This document shows, piece after piece, positions 9,635 to 17,826 of a stretch of 32,000 bases of DNA. Position 1 is the first letter of the stretch, and every line of letters starts with the position of its first letter. The notes beneath the pieces are model-generated. The model saw nothing but the letters and a program-made list of their open reading frames with translations. It was not told the origin of the DNA and ran no database searches. The stretch spans positions 1,800,001 to 1,832,000 of the forward strand of contig NC_009664.2 in NCBI RefSeq assembly GCF_000017305.1, in the 5' to 3' direction. The translations under genes and the position numbers were made by a program. The stretch comes from Kineococcus radiotolerans SRS30216 = ATCC BAA-149. GTDB lineage: Bacteria; Actinomycetota; Actinomycetes; Actinomycetales; Kineococcaceae.

Positions 9635-10060
9635 TCAGTACGGGAAGCGGGAGCCGCTCTCGACGGCCTGGCGCTGCCAGCTCAGGACGACACCGCCGGT
9701 GCCGGCGCTGCGGCGGCTGGTGTCGGCCACCCCGGCCATCAGCGCCAGCGAGAGGGGGTCGGCGTCGGGGAACCCCGCCGCGCCCTCGGGCAACGGCTCC
9801 CCGTGCTCGTCGCACCGGACGACGGTGACGTCGAGGCGGTCCTGGTCATCGCGCAGCTTCATGTCGACCAGCCCGGCCGCCTGCGGCGGGCCGCTCACGC
9901 CACCGGCGACGGCCCGCGCGCAGGCCTCGCCGATGGCGATGCGGATCTCGTCGAGCTGGTCCTCGCCGAAACCGGCCCGCCGGGCCACGGAGACCGCGAC
10001 GAGCCGCGCGGTGCGCACGTGCTCGGCCAGCGGCGAGAACCGCAGGGTGACGGTGGGCAC
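9635..10060 (-). CDS. Anti-sigma factor / HATPase_c_2 serine-protein kinase (RsbW-type, BldG-partner-like)
   Basis: 141 aa. MPTVTLRFSPLAEHVRTARLVAVSVARRAGFGEDQLDEIRIAIGEACARAV resembles the small ATP-binding anti-sigma proteins encoded downstream of bldG-type STAS genes. GTG start with an AGGAG upstream. Confidence 0.8.
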   Translation of the reverse strand: MPTVTLRFSPLAEHVRTARLVAVSVARRAGFGEDQLDEIRIAIGEACARAVAGGVSGPPQAAGLVDMKLRDDQDRLDVTVVRCDEHGEPLPEGAAGFPDADPLSLALMAGVADTSRRSAGTGGVVLSWQRQAVESGSRFPY

Positions 10061-10100
10061 GGTGTCGACGGCTCCTGCTGCTCGGGGACCCGGGGGCGGG

Positions 10101-10469
10101 TCAGGAGGTGGCGTTCGCCTCGTCGGCCGCCGCGGACGCGGCGATCGCGTCGGCGACGGTGTCGTGGATCGGGAAGACCTTGGTGAGCCCGGTGATCCGG
10201 AACACCTTGAGGATCTTCTCGCGCTGGCACACCAGGTGCAGGGAACCGTCGTGGGAGCGGACGCGCTTCAGCCCGCCCACGAGGACGCCCAGACCGGTGG
10301 AGTCCAGGAACTCCACGCCCTCCATGTCCACCACCAGGTGGTGGTGCCCGGCCCCGACGAGTTCGTTCAGCCGCTCGCGCAGGGTCGGTGCCGTGTACAC
10401 GTCGATCTCGCCGGACACCTCGACGACGGTCCGGCCGCCCTCTTCGCGGCTGGTCACCGACAGGTCCAC
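10101..10469 (-). CDS. STAS-domain anti-sigma-factor antagonist (BldG/RsbV/SpoIIAA-like)
   Basis: This is the C-terminal 122 codons of the artefactual 1063-aa ORF: [38 protein letters not shown]...[24 protein letters not shown]. The phospho-acceptor context DSTGLG is present. The GTG at 10469 is preceded by GAGGAGG. Confidence 0.9.
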   Translation of the reverse strand: MDLSVTSREEGGRTVVEVSGEIDVYTAPTLRERLNELVGAGHHHLVVDMEGVEFLDSTGLGVLVGGLKRVRSHDGSLHLVCQREKILKVFRITGLTKVFPIHDTVADAIAASAAADEANATS

Positions 10470-10700
10470 TGGGACCCCTCCTCGCTGCTGGTCAAGTGCT
10501 CGCTGGTCGCGGAGCAGACGTGCGTGCTGTGGGCTGCGTTCGAGGGCGGTGCTGCCGTGCCCTCCCTGGCATTCAACCATCGCGCTGCGTGAGCGGCCTG
10601 TCCAACCCGGGTCGCGCCGGACCCGCAGCGCCCGCGCGGGTGGGCCCGCGGCGCAGGAGGGGGCGCGGGAGGGGACCGCCCCGGGGGGGACACTGGGGCG

Positions 10701-13139
10701 GTGGACCCCCGCTGGCAGCACCTGCTCGACGCCGGTGTCCGCAGTGACCGCGTCCGGCACGTGGAGGAGCTGCCCGCCCGGGCCGGGGAACGCTCGCCCT
10801 GGCCCGCCTGGGCCGACCCGGAGGTCGTGGCCGCCCTGCAGCGCGGCACCGGCGGCCTGCCCTGGCGCCACCAGGTGGAGGCTGCCGAGGCGGTCTGGGC
10901 CGGGCGCTCCACGGTGCTGTCCGCGGGCACGGCCTCGGGCAAGTCCCTCGCCTTCCAGCTGCCGGTGCTGACCTCGCTGCGCGCGACGGCCGCGGCCGCG
11001 CCCAACGGCAAGGGCGCGACCGCGCTCTACCTCTCCCCCACGAAGGCGCTGGCCGCCGACCAGGACGCCCGGCTGCGGGCGCTGGGCCTGCACGACCGCG
11101 CGGGGCCGGTGACCAGCACCTACGACGGCGACACCCCGCCGGAGGTCCGCCGCTGGATCCGCGACCACGCGGGTCTGGTGCTCACCAACGTCGACATGCT
11201 GCACCGCTCGGTGCTGCCCGGGCACGAGCGCTGGGCGAGCTTCCTGCGCCGGCTGCGCTTCGTGGTCGTCGACGAGCTGCACACCTACCGCGGGGTGTTC
11301 GGGGGCCACGCGGCCGCCGTGCTGCGCCGGCTGCGCCGGATCGCGGCCCGCTACGGGTCCGACCCCGTGTTCGTGCTGGCCTCGGCCACGGTCGCGGAGC
11401 CGGCCACGACCGCCCGCCGGCTCACCGGCGTGGACGTGCACGTCGTCGCCGGGGACACCTCCGCCCGCCCGCCGGTGTCGGTGGCGCTGTGGGAACCGCC
11501 CCTGCGGCCGGCGCCGCCCGCCGCCGAGGGGGCCGCGCCGGCGCACCCGCCCGCCACGCCCGAGCGCCGGACCGCCACCGCCGAGACCGCCGACCTGCTC
11601 GCGGACCTGGTGGCCGAGGGGGTCCGGACCCTGGCCTTCGTCCGCAGCCGGGCCGGGGCGGAGTCCGTGGCCGCCGGCGCCCGCCGCCGGCTGGAGGAGG
11701 TCGACCCCGCCCTCGCCGGCCGGGTCGCGGCCTACCGCGGCGGCTACCTGCCCGAGGACCGGCGGGCGCTGGAGGAGGGTCTGCGCAGCGGTCGCGTCGT
11801 GGGCATGGCCACCACCAACGCCCTCGAGCTCGGCGTCGACGTGGCCGGGCTGGACGCCGTCCTCGTCGCGGGCTGGCCCGGGACGAGGGCCTCGTTCTGG
11901 CAGCAGATCGGGCGGGCGGGACGACGGGGGGAACCCGCGCTGGGGGTGCTGGTCTCCCGCGACGACCCGCTGGACACCTACCTGGCCCACCACCCGGAGG
12001 CCGTCTTCGGCGCCGGGGTGGAGGCGACGGTCCTGGACCCGGACAACGCCTACGTCCTCGCCCCGCACCTGGCCGCGGCCGCGCAGGAGCTGCCGCTGAC
12101 CGAGGCCGACCTCGACCTGTTCTCCCCCGCCGCCCGCGACGTCGTCGACCTGCTGGTGCGGCGGGGCCTGCTGCGTCGCCGGGCGGCCGGCTGGTACTGG
12201 ACCCGGCGCGACCGGGCCTGCGACCTGACCGACCTGCGCGGGGCCGGGGGCAGCGTCCGCGTCGTGGAGGAGGGCACCGGCCGCGTCCTGGGGACCGTCG
12301 AGGCGGGCTCGGCGGACTCCCAGGTCCACGACGGCGCCGTCCACGTGCACCAGGGCCGGACCTACGTCGTCGACCACCTCGACCTCGAGGACCAGCTGGC
12401 CGTCGTCCACCCCGAACCCGACCCCGGCTACACCACCCACGCCCGCTCCTCCTCCGACGTGCGGGTCCTCAGCACCGGCTCCACCCGCCGGGCCGGGCCC
12501 GTCACGCTGTCCTCGGGGGTCGTGGAGGTGACCAGCCAGGTCACGGGGTTCCTGCGCCGACGCGTCGGCACCGGGGCGGTGATCGGGGAACGGTCCCTGG
12601 ACCTGCCCCGGCGGCGGCTGCGGACCCGGGCGGTCTGGTGGACCCTGGACGCCGACGTCGCCGAAGGGGTGCTGGGCGACGGGACGCGGCTGCCGGGCGC
12701 CCTGCACGCCGCCGAGCACGCCTCGATCGGGTTGCTGCCGCTGCTGGCCACCTGCGACCGCTGGGACCTGGGGGGACTCTCGACGGCCCTGCACGAGGAC
12801 ACCGGCCACCCGACCGTCTTCGTCCACGACGCCGTCCCCGGCGGGGCGGGGTTCGCCGACCGCGGGCACGCCCGGGTCGCGGAGTGGCTCACCGCGACCC
12901 GCGACGCCGTCGCGGCCTGCCGCTGCCCCGACGGCTGCCCCGCCTGCGTGCAGTCGCCCAAGTGCGGCAACGGCAACGAGCCCCTGGACAAGGCCGGCGC
13001 CCTCGCGGTACTCGACGTGCTGGTGCTCGCCCTGGCGCCGGGGACGGGCTCCGGCGCAGGCCCCGGGACGGGCCCCGCCCCGGTGCCCGCGCCGTCCCCT
13101 CACGGGGACGCCGTCCCGGGCGGCGCCCCGCTCGCCTGA
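10701..13139 (+). CDS. DExH-box helicase with C-terminal DUF1998 / MrfA-type zinc module (Rv3649/SftH/MrfA-like)
   Basis: 812 aa. Motif I is [12 protein letters not shown] and motif II is VVVDELHTY. The C-terminal Cys cluster is [25 protein letters not shown]. Confidence 0.92.
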   Translation: MDPRWQHLLDAGVRSDRVRHVEELPARAGERSPWPAWADPEVVAALQRGTGGLPWRHQVEAAEAVWAGRSTVLSAGTASGKSLAFQLPVLTSLRATAAAAPNGKGATALYLSPTKALAADQDARLRALGLHDRAGPVTSTYDGDTPPEVRRWIRDHAGLVLTNVDMLHRSVLPGHERWASFLRRLRFVVVDELHTYRGVFGGHAAAVLRRLRRIAARYGSDPVFVLASATVAEPATTARRLTGVDVHVVAGDTSARPPVSVALWEPPLRPAPPAAEGAAPAHPPATPERRTATAETADLLADLVAEGVRTLAFVRSRAGAESVAAGARRRLEEVDPALAGRVAAYRGGYLPEDRRALEEGLRSGRVVGMATTNALELGVDVAGLDAVLVAGWPGTRASFWQQIGRAGRRGEPALGVLVSRDDPLDTYLAHHPEAVFGAGVEATVLDPDNAYVLAPHLAAAAQELPLTEADLDLFSPAARDVVDLLVRRGLLRRRAAGWYWTRRDRACDLTDLRGAGGSVRVVEEGTGRVLGTVEAGSADSQVHDGAVHVHQGRTYVVDHLDLEDQLAVVHPEPDPGYTTHARSSSDVRVLSTGSTRRAGPVTLSSGVVEVTSQVTGFLRRRVGTGAVIGERSLDLPRRRLRTRAVWWTLDADVAEGVLGDGTRLPGALHAAEHASIGLLPLLATCDRWDLGGLSTALHEDTGHPTVFVHDAVPGGAGFADRGHARVAEWLTATRDAVAACRCPDGCPACVQSPKCGNGNEPLDKAGALAVLDVLVLALAPGTGSGAGPGTGPAPVPAPSPHGDAVPGGAPLA

Positions 13140-13495
13140 CCCGCCCGGGCCCGCGCCCGGGCCGGCCCCAGCCGGCCGGCCAGACCCGGTGCCCGCACCG
13201 TCGCCGCCACCAGCACCGACCCGTCCCCGGCCACCGCGCACCCCGCGTCGTCCGCCCCGTGCGCGGTCAGCACCCGCCGGGCCCGCTCGCACGGGTCGCC
13301 CACCGCCCGCCCCACGACGACGTCGGCCGCCGCGAGCGCCGCGAGGTCGGCGGCGGTCTCGGCGCGGTGCCGGGCCAGCACCGCACCGCCCAGCGCCGAC
13401 ACCAGGAGGACCACCGGCACCAGCCCGGCGCAGGTGCCCAGCACCAGGACGCCGCCGCTGCCGGTGTCCCGCCGCGGCCGGGCCGCGGCGCTCAC
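13100..13495 (-). CDS. Rv3654c-family TadE-like protein (helicase/secretion-neighbourhood type)
   Basis: This is the last 131 aa of track ORF 13100..13717: [60 protein letters not shown]. The TM segment followed by [15 protein letters not shown] is typical of this family. The GTG at 13495 overlaps the upstream TGA. Confidence 0.7.
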   Translation of the reverse strand: MSAAARPRRDTGSGGVLVLGTCAGLVPVVLLVSALGGAVLARHRAETAADLAALAAADVVVGRAVGDPCERARRVLTAHGADDAGCAVAGDGSVLVAATVRAPGLAGRLGPARARARAGQASGAPPGTASP

Positions 13496-13839
13496 CCCTC
13501 CACCGCCGCGACGGCGCGGGCCCCCGTGCGCACCGACCCGCCCAGCGGACCGGCCAGCCGCTGCACGGCGGCCACCTCGACGACCACCACCCCGGCCGCC
13601 CGGGTCACCGTCACCGCCGCGCCGTCCGGCGCCACCGCGGCGCCGGCGGCGCGGACGACGTCGGGCGCCTCCCCGCGGGCGGCCGCCCGGGCCCCGGCAC
13701 GGGCCGCGTCCGCGCACTGCACCTGGCTGAGCACGACGCGGGCGGTGCCGAGGGCGAGGGCCAGCAGCAGGAGCACCGCGGGCAGCGCGAGCGCGAACTC
13801 GGCGGTGACCGAACCGCGGTCGTCGCGGGTGCGCCTCAC
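13492..13839 (-). CDS. TadE-family pseudopilin-like protein (Rv3655c-like)
   Basis: My translation from GTG 13839 is [57 protein letters not shown]... (115 aa). The [10 protein letters not shown] motif is the TadE N-terminal signature. The start overlaps the pilin stop (GTGA). Confidence 0.75.
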   Translation of the reverse strand: MRRTRDDRGSVTAEFALALPAVLLLLALALGTARVVLSQVQCADAARAGARAAARGEAPDVVRAAGAAVAPDGAAVTVTRAAGVVVVEVAAVQRLAGPLGGSVRTGARAVAAVEG

Positions 13840-14159
13840 CCCAGGCTCAGCGCCTGGCGGACGATGCCCAGCAGCATCCCCCGCACCTCGTCGCTGCGCA
13901 GGACCGCGATGAGCAGGGCGGCGAAGCCGCACGCCGCCAGCGTGGCCATCGCGTACTCCGCGGTGGCCATCCCCGCGTCGCCCGGCGGTTCCCGCTCCGC
14001 TCCCCCGCCGCCCCGTCCCCACCGCTCGTCCCGTCCCCACCGCTCCTCCCGCTCCCCGCCCGGCCCTCCGCCCGGCTCCTCCTGCGGTTGCGCGCGCGGC
14101 TCCTCCTGCGGCTCCCCGTGCGGCTCCTGCTGCGGTTCCCCGCGCGATCCCCCGTGCAA
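13836..14159 (-). CDS. Flp-type pilin-like protein (DUF4244, Rv3656c-like) with a long repeat-containing leader; start uncertain
   Basis: The C-terminal 44 aa, [44 protein letters not shown], match the DUF4244/Flp-like core. Candidate in-frame starts are TTG 14159 (GGGAGG 5 nt upstream, chosen here), GTG 14255 (track start, no SD) and ATG 13971 (no leader, unlikely for a prepilin). Confidence 0.7.
   Translation of the reverse strand: MHGGSRGEPQQEPHGEPQEEPRAQPQEEPGGGPGGEREERWGRDERWGRGGGGAEREPPGDAGMATAEYAMATLAACGFAALLIAVLRSDEVRGMLLGIVRQALSLG
14013..14048 (-). repeat. 2 x 18-bp in-frame tandem repeat (ERWGRD / ERWGRG) inside the pilin leader
   Basis: ccgtccccaccgctc occurs at 14013 and again at 14031, an 18-bp period. 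Confidence 0.8.
14074..14145 (-). repeat. 3 x 24-bp in-frame tandem repeat inside the pilin leader (EPQQEPHG / EPQEEPRA / QPQEEPGG)
   Basis: On the plus strand, ggctcctcctgcgg recurs at 14074 and 14098, and ggctcctgctgcgg at 14122. The period is 24 bp, or 8 codons. Confidence 0.85.
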
Positions 14160-14303
14160 CTCGACCTCCCGGGTCTCGGTGTCCCTGCGGGCCGGGATCC
14201 CCCGGCCCGCAACGACTCTCGCCGGTCCGCGCCGGGAACCGGTCCGGCCGTCCACCGGTCGTGGACGGGACCCGACCCACCCCGGGGTGTGCAGACCGCG
14301 GCG

Positions 14304-14921
14304 TCACGACCCCGCTCCGAGCACCTCCCCGGCCAGGGTGAGCACGACGGGAACCACCCCCAGCAGCAGGAACGCGGGCAGGGTGCACAACCCCAGGGGC
14401 AGCACCAGCAGCGCCGACAGGCGGGCGGCGGCGGCCTCGGCCTCCCACCGCCGCGCGGCGCGGGCCGAGGCGGCCGCCGAAGCCAGCAGCGACGCGGCCG
14501 GGGCGCCCGTCCGCGTCGAGAGCAGCAGCGCCTCGGCGAGCTCGTCCCAGCGCTCGCTCTCCCCCGTCAGGTCCCGCCAGGCCTCCTCGGGGGAGGACCC
14601 CCACGACAACTGGACGGCGACCCGGCGCAGGGCCGTCTCCTCCGCCCCGGTCCCCGCCAGCGCGTCCACGGCGGCCTCCAGCGCCCGCCCCGGGGGCAGC
14701 CCCGCCTCGACCGCGGCCGCCACCAGGTCCAGGACGAGGGGGACGTCGACCGGGGGTTCGCGCCGCAGGGAGCCCCGCCGCTGGGTGAGCCGGTTCCGCA
14801 CCCGTCCCCACCGCGGCGGGGGCGGACCGGCACCGGGGCGCGGAGCTGTCCCGCCGCCGGCGACCAGCACCGCCGCCGCCAGCACCACCGCGACCAGCAC
14901 CGCCCCGGCGACACCGGTCAC
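14304..14921 (-). CDS. Type II secretion system F-family membrane protein, TadC-like (Rv3657c-like)
   Basis: This is the C-terminal 205 aa of track ORF 14304..15296, from GTG 14921: VTGVAGAVLVAVVLAAAVLV...VPLVLDLVAAAVEAGLPPGRALEAA...LVLPLGLCTLPAFLLLGVVPVVL. The start overlaps the upstream stop. Confidence 0.75.
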   Translation of the reverse strand: MTGVAGAVLVAVVLAAAVLVAGGGTAPRPGAGPPPPRWGRVRNRLTQRRGSLRREPPVDVPLVLDLVAAAVEAGLPPGRALEAAVDALAGTGAEETALRRVAVQLSWGSSPEEAWRDLTGESERWDELAEALLLSTRTGAPAASLLASAAASARAARRWEAEAAAARLSALLVLPLGLCTLPAFLLLGVVPVVLTLAGEVLGAGS

Positions 14922-15499
14922 GACGAGGCGCTCTCGGCGGCCCGGACCAGGCGCGCGCTCCACAGGCCGCCCGCCACGAGCAGCAGGACCCCCAGGGCAC
15001 CCGCCAGCCGGCCCGGCCCGGACGACAGCGCCTCCCACGGCGGCGCGCCGAGCGCCGCCCCCAGGGCCAGGCCCAGCAGCGGCAGCGCGGAGACCGTGCG
15101 CGAACTCACCCGGGCACCGGCCAGGGCGGTGCGCACCGCGGCCCGGGCCGCGGCGTCGGCGCGCAGGCCCTCGGCGGCGGCCTCCAGCGCCTCCGCCGCC
15201 GGGGCGCCCGTGGCGGTCACCAGCCGCCACACCGCCCGCACCGCGACCGGGGCTCCCGGCCCCGGTCCCTCCGGGGTGCCCCCGGCGTGCGGCCACACCA
15301 CCGCCGGCGCGACCCCGGCCCGCAGCAGCGCCGCCGCCCGCTCGGCGAGCCGGGCCCCGGCCAGCGCCTCGTCCCGCCGGCGGCCCCGCCGCGGGCGCGA
15401 GCGGCGCGGGGACCGGGCGGGCGGCGGCAGCGGCGGGCGCGGACCGGGAGCGACCAGCGCGGCGGCCGCGAGCAGTCCGGCGACGACCAGCCCGCTCAC
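14918..15499 (-). CDS. Type II secretion system F-family membrane protein, TadB-like (Rv3658c-like)
   Basis: This is the C-terminal 193 aa of track ORF 14918..15877, from GTG 15499: VSGLVVAGLLAAAALVA...RVSSRTVSALPLLGLALGAALGAPPWEAL...GALGVLLLVAGGLW. The start overlaps the ATPase stop. Confidence 0.75.
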   Translation of the reverse strand: MSGLVVAGLLAAAALVAPGPRPPLPPPARSPRRSRPRRGRRRDEALAGARLAERAAALLRAGVAPAVVWPHAGGTPEGPGPGAPVAVRAVWRLVTATGAPAAEALEAAAEGLRADAAARAAVRTALAGARVSSRTVSALPLLGLALGAALGAPPWEALSSGPGRLAGALGVLLLVAGGLWSARLVRAAESASS

Positions 15500-16686
15500 C
15501 CGGCCACCCCCGCGGGCAGGTCGAGCAGCGCGCTCAGCCGGTCCCAGCCCGCCGGGCGCGGCGCGGGTCCCCGCCCACCCGGCGGCTCGCCCCCGGCCGC
15601 CAGGGCCGGGACCACCACGGCCCGGCCGGCCTCCGCGACGACGACCGCCACCTCGACCAGCCCGCGCCGCCCGCCCCGGCGCGCGACGTGCAGGACGACG
15701 TCGATGCCGGCGAGGACCTGGGCGTCGACCGCGCCGGGGGTCAGCCCGGCCGTCGAGGCCAGCGCGTGCAGCCGGGCCGGGACGTCGGCGGCGGTGTTGG
15801 CGTGGACCGTCCCCGCCCCGCCGGCGTGCCCGGTGTTCAGCGCGGCCAGCAGGTCGCGGACCTCCGCGCCCCGGCACTCCCCGACCACGAGGCGGTCCGG
15901 GCGCATCCGCAGCGCCTGCCGGACCAGGACGTCGAGGCCGACGGCGCCGCGGCCCTCGACGTTGCCGTGGCGGGCTTCGAGGCGGACGACGTGGGGGTGG
16001 TCCGGGCGCAGCTCCCCGGAGTCCTCCACCAGCACGATCCGCTCACCGGGGGCGACGAGGCCGAGCAGCGCCTGCAGCAGGGTCGTCTTCCCGCTGCCCG
16101 TGCCCCCGCTGACGAGGAAGGAGCACCGGCGCTCGACCAGGGCCCGCAGCACCGGTTCCCACCCCCCGGGCACCGCGCCGTGGCGCAGCAGGTCGGGGAG
16201 GCCGAAGCGGCGCACGGCCGGGACCCGCAGGCTCAGGTGGGTGCCGTCGGGGGCCAGCGGCGGCAGCAGGGCGTGCAGCCGGGTGCCGTCGGGCAGGCGG
16301 GCGTCGACGAAGGGGCTCGCCTCGTCCAGGCGCCGGCCCGCGCCGGCGGCTAGCCGCACGGCCAGGGCACGGACCTCGGCCTCCCCGTCCAGGGTGGTCG
16401 CCGCCCGGCGCAGCCCGGCGCCGTCGTCGACCCAGACGGTGCCGCCGCCGTTGACCAGCACGTCGGTGACGCCGTCGGTCTCCAGGAGCGGCTGCAACCG
16501 CCCCGCGCCGTGGACCGCGGCCCCCACCCCGTCCAGCAGCCGGAGCAGGTCGGCGGCGGCGAGGACCACGCCCTCCGCCCGGGCCGCCGCGGCCACCGCG
16601 GGCGGGTCGGGGGCGGAGGCGTTGCGGGCCAAGCGGTCGCGCACGCGCTCGACGGTGCGGGCGAACTCCTCCTCGGTGAGCCTCAC
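15496..16686 (-). CDS. TadA/CpaF-family type II/IV secretion ATPase (helicase/secretion-neighbourhood ATPase, Rv3659c-like)
   Basis: This is the last 396 aa of the artefactual 1519-aa ORF. Walker A is FLVSGGTGSGKTTLLQAL, Walker B is RIVLVEDSGEL, and a His-box region TGHAGGAGTVHAN is present. The GTG at 16686 overlaps the upstream TGA. Confidence 0.93.
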   Translation of the reverse strand: MRLTEEEFARTVERVRDRLARNASAPDPPAVAAAARAEGVVLAAADLLRLLDGVGAAVHGAGRLQPLLETDGVTDVLVNGGGTVWVDDGAGLRRAATTLDGEAEVRALAVRLAAGAGRRLDEASPFVDARLPDGTRLHALLPPLAPDGTHLSLRVPAVRRFGLPDLLRHGAVPGGWEPVLRALVERRCSFLVSGGTGSGKTTLLQALLGLVAPGERIVLVEDSGELRPDHPHVVRLEARHGNVEGRGAVGLDVLVRQALRMRPDRLVVGECRGAEVRDLLAALNTGHAGGAGTVHANTAADVPARLHALASTAGLTPGAVDAQVLAGIDVVLHVARRGGRRGLVEVAVVVAEAGRAVVVPALAAGGEPPGGRGPAPRPAGWDRLSALLDLPAGVAG

Positions 16687-17792
16687 GCCGTCGGGGCCCA
16701 GTCCCGGGCGCAGGCCAGCGCGAAGGCCCGCAGCCCGCTGCGCCGGCCGCCGGGGACGCCCTCGCCCCGTTCGAGCCCGGCGTCGAGGTCGCGGTCCGGG
16801 CGGACCACCCCGGCCAGCGGCGCGCCCGCCGCGTCGGCGACGTCCTCGGCGTCGGCCCCCGCGCCGACCTCGCGCACGACCAGGCGGACCGGCGCGGTCG
16901 ACACCGCCCGCAGCTCGTCGACGACGACGCAGGCCGCCGCCGCGGCCCGGGTCGTCCCGGGCACGACGACGAGGACCTCGGCGCACGCCTCCAGCACCGG
17001 GCCCAGGTCGCGCAGACCCGCCCGGGGCAGGTCCAGGACGGTCGCCGGGAACACCCGGCGGGAGGCCTCGACCACGGCCCGCAGCTGCTCCGGGGCCGGG
17101 CCGGGGCCCCCGCGCCGGTCGGTGGCGAGGACCTGCAGACCGGCTCCGAGGCGCACGCTGGTGCGCAGCACGTCGGGGCCGATCCGCCCGTCGAGGCCGG
17201 CGAGGTCGCCCCAGCGCAGCCCGGGCAGGGCGTCGGCGCCCAGGAGCAGGTCCAGCCCGCCGGAGCGGGGGTCGGCGTCGACGAGGAGGCAGCCGCCGGT
17301 GGTGTCGGCCAGCGCCCGGGACAACCCGGCGGCCAGGACGCTGGCCCCGCCCCCGCCGGTCCCGCCGACGACCGCGAGCACCGTCCCCGACCCCCCGGGG
17401 CCGGTGGCCACGTCGGAGAGCAGCTCCAGCAGCCAGTCCTCCGCCTCCGGCAGCAGCACGGCGTGGTCGGCGCCCAGCCCCGCGGCCGTCCGCCACCAGG
17501 CGGGCCCGGCCGGGGCGGTGCCGACGACCACGACGGGCACCCCGGGCCGGCGCAGCGCGGCCACCTCCGCCGGGTCCGCGTCGGCTCCCACGAGCAGGGC
17601 CCCGGCGGTCTCCCCGGCCGGCGCACAGCCGCGGCCCAGGCCGCACCCGGCCGCGGCCGCCAACCTGACGACCGCGGCGGCGAGCTCGTCGTCGCCGGTG
17701 AGGAGGACGCCGGTGCGGGGGGCCGGGACGGCGGGGGTGGACGGGCGGGCGGGGCGCCCGGGGGGTCGGCTGCGGGGTCCGGGGACGGGCAC
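16683..17792 (-). CDS. CpaE/TadZ-like, Ssd (Rv3660c)-like ParA/MinD-fold protein with a lysine-less P-loop
   Basis: 369 aa. There is an N-terminal receiver-like region, then LAVVGGTGGGGASVLAAGLSRAL...LLVDADP. The GTG start is preceded by GAGGAG. Confidence 0.85.
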   Translation of the reverse strand: MPVPGPRSRPPGRPARPSTPAVPAPRTGVLLTGDDELAAAVVRLAAAAGCGLGRGCAPAGETAGALLVGADADPAEVAALRRPGVPVVVVGTAPAGPAWWRTAAGLGADHAVLLPEAEDWLLELLSDVATGPGGSGTVLAVVGGTGGGGASVLAAGLSRALADTTGGCLLVDADPRSGGLDLLLGADALPGLRWGDLAGLDGRIGPDVLRTSVRLGAGLQVLATDRRGGPGPAPEQLRAVVEASRRVFPATVLDLPRAGLRDLGPVLEACAEVLVVVPGTTRAAAAACVVVDELRAVSTAPVRLVVREVGAGADAEDVADAAGAPLAGVVRPDRDLDAGLERGEGVPGGRRSGLRAFALACARDWAPTA

Positions 17793-17802
17793 GGCTGCTC
17801 CT

Positions 17803-17826
17803 CACGGTGGTCGGGGGACCACCGTG
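17803..17826. promoter_or_regulatory. Perfect 10-bp inverted repeat (cacggtggtc-gggg-gaccaccgtg) abutting the SD of the first tad-operon gene
   Basis: Read directly from the sequence. The SD complement ctcctc lies at 17798-17803 and the GTG at 17792. Confidence 0.5.

Noticed and set aside
7122-10592. A 1156-aa plus-strand ORF and a 362-aa minus-strand ORF (7132..8220) over hppA
   Set aside because: They are off-frame or antisense to a full-length H+-PPase and are low-complexity.
10470-13292. The N-terminal roughly 940 aa of the 1063-aa minus-strand ORF
   Set aside because: It is antisense to the DExH helicase. Only the terminal 122 codons (the STAS antagonist, with its own SD and GTG) are credible.
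13847-14212. An alternative-frame 121-aa ORF over the pilin locus
   Set aside because: It is Arg/Ser/Gly-rich and lacks the conserved DUF4244 core, which is read in the other frame.
13189-17668. Long plus-strand ORFs 13189..16353, 14088..16112 and 15287..17668, and other overlapping ORFs across the tad-like locus
   Set aside because: They are Pro/Arg/Ala-rich and antisense to a syntenic, motif-bearing operon.
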